Positions 62,771-64,000 of a stretch of DNA of 64,000 nucleotides are shown one piece after another. The notes under the pieces are model-generated. The model ran no database searches and was not told where the DNA came from. It saw nothing but the letters and a program-made list of their open reading frames with translations. The DNA is from an uncultured virus (IMG/VR IMGVR_UViG_3300006155_000009) (lineage: Duplodnaviria > Heunggongvirae > Uroviricota > Caudoviricetes): IMG/VR virus record IMGVR_UViG_3300006155_000009, one strand, 5' to 3'. A program made the position numbers and the translations under genes. The first letter of the stretch is position 1; each line of letters opens with the position of its first letter.

Positions 62771-64000
62771 ATGAATACTGAAGAAAGAATCTGGAGCTTT
62801 CTGAAGGCCCAGGGGCTCACCGACGCTGGCGCCGCCGGCCTGATGGGGAACCTCTACGCAGAGTCTGGCCTGCGGCCCAACAACCTCCAGAACAGCTACG
62901 AGGGGAAGCTGGGCATGGCCGATGCCGAGTACACCGAGAGGGTGGACAGCGGCAGCTACACCAACTTCGCCCATGATTGCGCCGGGTATGGACTGGCACA
63001 GTGGACGTACCACACTCGCAAGGCTAACCTGCATAAATTCGCCAAAGATGCAGGTAAGAGCATCGGCGACCTGGAGATGCAGCTTGGCTTTTTGATGCAG
63101 GAGCTGTCCACCAGCTACAAGACGGTTCTGGCCACGCTGAAGACCGCCACCAGTGTCCGGGCCGCCTCCGATGCCGTCCTGCTCCAGTTCGAACGCCCGG
63201 CGGATCAGAGCGAGGCCGTGAAGGCCAAGCGGGCCGGGTACGGCCAGAAGTATTTCGACAAGTACGCACAGAAAGGAAGTGTCAACACCATGGGATTTTC
63301 CAACAGCCCTTTGGCCACGGTCAAGCTGATTTCTCCCAATAAGACCGTCGGCCGGAACCACGCCATCGACACCATCACCATTCACTGCTTTGTCGGCCAG
63401 GTGACCGCCAAGCGGGGGTGCGAGGTGTTCCAGCCGAGCAGCAAGCAGGCGTCCTGCAACTATGTTGTGGGCTATGATGGCTCCATCGGCCTGTGTGTCG
63501 AGGAGAAGGACCGCTCTTGGTGTACGGGCGGCTACAAGAAGGTGAACGGGGTCAACGTCCCCATCCGGGTGAACGGGATCTCTGGCTCCTCCAACGACTA
63601 CCAGGCTGTTACCATTGAGGTGGCCTGTGAGGCCAAGCACCCCTACGCCATCACCGAGAAGGCCATGGCCGCGCTGATCGAGCTTTGTACCGACATCTGC
63701 CGGCGCAACGGCATCAAGAAACTGCTGTGGTCCGGTGACAAGAACCTGGTGGGCAACCCCGCCAAGCAGAACCTCACGGTTCACCGCTGGTTCGCCAACA
63801 AGGCGTGCCCCGGCGACTACATCTACCAGCGGCTCGGCGACATCGCCGCGAAGGTGAACGCCAAGTTGGGCGTTACTCCTCCGGCCGAAACTAAGCCGGT
63901 GAGTACGGTTCCATACAAGGTTCGCATCACTGCAACCGATCTGCGAATCCGAAAGGGTCCGGGTACCAATACGGATATTGTCCAGAAAGCCATCAAGCCC
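62771..64000 (+). CDS. Endolysin: phage-tail-lysozyme-like domain + N-acetylmuramoyl-L-alanine amidase + SH3b (3' truncated; not in ORF track)
   Basis: GLMGNLYAESGL..GYGLAQWT..FERP; ITIHC..ASCNY..TIEVA..HRWFANKACPG; PYKVRIT..LRIRKGPG. Confidence 0.92.
   Translation, partial: MNTEERIWSFLKAQGLTDAGAAGLMGNLYAESGLRPNNLQNSYEGKLGMADAEYTERVDSGSYTNFAHDCAGYGLAQWTYHTRKANLHKFAKDAGKSIGDLEMQLGFLMQELSTSYKTVLATLKTATSVRAASDAVLLQFERPADQSEAVKAKRAGYGQKYFDKYAQKGSVNTMGFSNSPLATVKLISPNKTVGRNHAIDTITIHCFVGQVTAKRGCEVFQPSSKQASCNYVVGYDGSIGLCVEEKDRSWCTGGYKKVNGVNVPIRVNGISGSSNDYQAVTIEVACEAKHPYAITEKAMAALIELCTDICRRNGIKKLLWSGDKNLVGNPAKQNLTVHRWFANKACPGDYIYQRLGDIAAKVNAKLGVTPPAETKPVSTVPYKVRITATDLRIRKGPGTNTDIVQKAIKP

Larger units (their letters stand above)
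1..64000. mobile_element. Temperate contractile-tailed bacteriophage genome (excised/circularly permuted form or tandem-prophage junction)
   Basis: Complete lysogeny, replication, packaging, head, sheath/baseplate and lysis modules. Att site is internal with phage genes on both sides; no host genes seen. Confidence 0.95.

Noticed and set aside
10081..63784. Long minus-strand ORFs (e.g. 10081-11697, 14384-16507, 34611-36647, 36978-39011, 41722-43266, 62588-63784)
   Set aside because: Antisense shadows of GC3-biased plus-strand genes, with no RBS or recognisable motifs.

Overview
Essentially one whole genome (~63.8 kb unit) of a temperate contractile-tailed (myovirus-type) phage. High GC, Firmicutes-type RBSs and gene content suggest a Clostridia/Oscillospiraceae-like gut host (inference). 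Gene order: endolysin 3' end and holin; accessory small-gene island; attP-like site carrying the 3' end of rpsI (ribosomal protein S9); tyrosine integrase; cI/cro switch; early, recombination and replication genes (one interrupted by an 870-bp IS5-family element); late activator; two DNA methyltransferases; amidoligase/GGCT module; packaging, head, sheath/tube, tape measure, baseplate and fibre genes; a complete diversity-generating retroelement (VR in a tail adhesin, avd, TR, RT; 14/14 mismatches at TR adenines); lysis genes. Non-coding systems the ORF track does not explain: (1) a seven-copy, fixed-spacing composite promoter motif defining a probable phage regulon; (2) a 26-bp palindrome at four dispersed sites, one inside the DUF3102 gene; (3) four antisense promoter/terminator units overlapping downstream RBSs; (4) a repeated hairpin/RBS module in the accessory island; (5) two different endolysin C-termini following an identical 64-bp segment at the two window ends. 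All product names come from motif recognition and synteny, not database searches.
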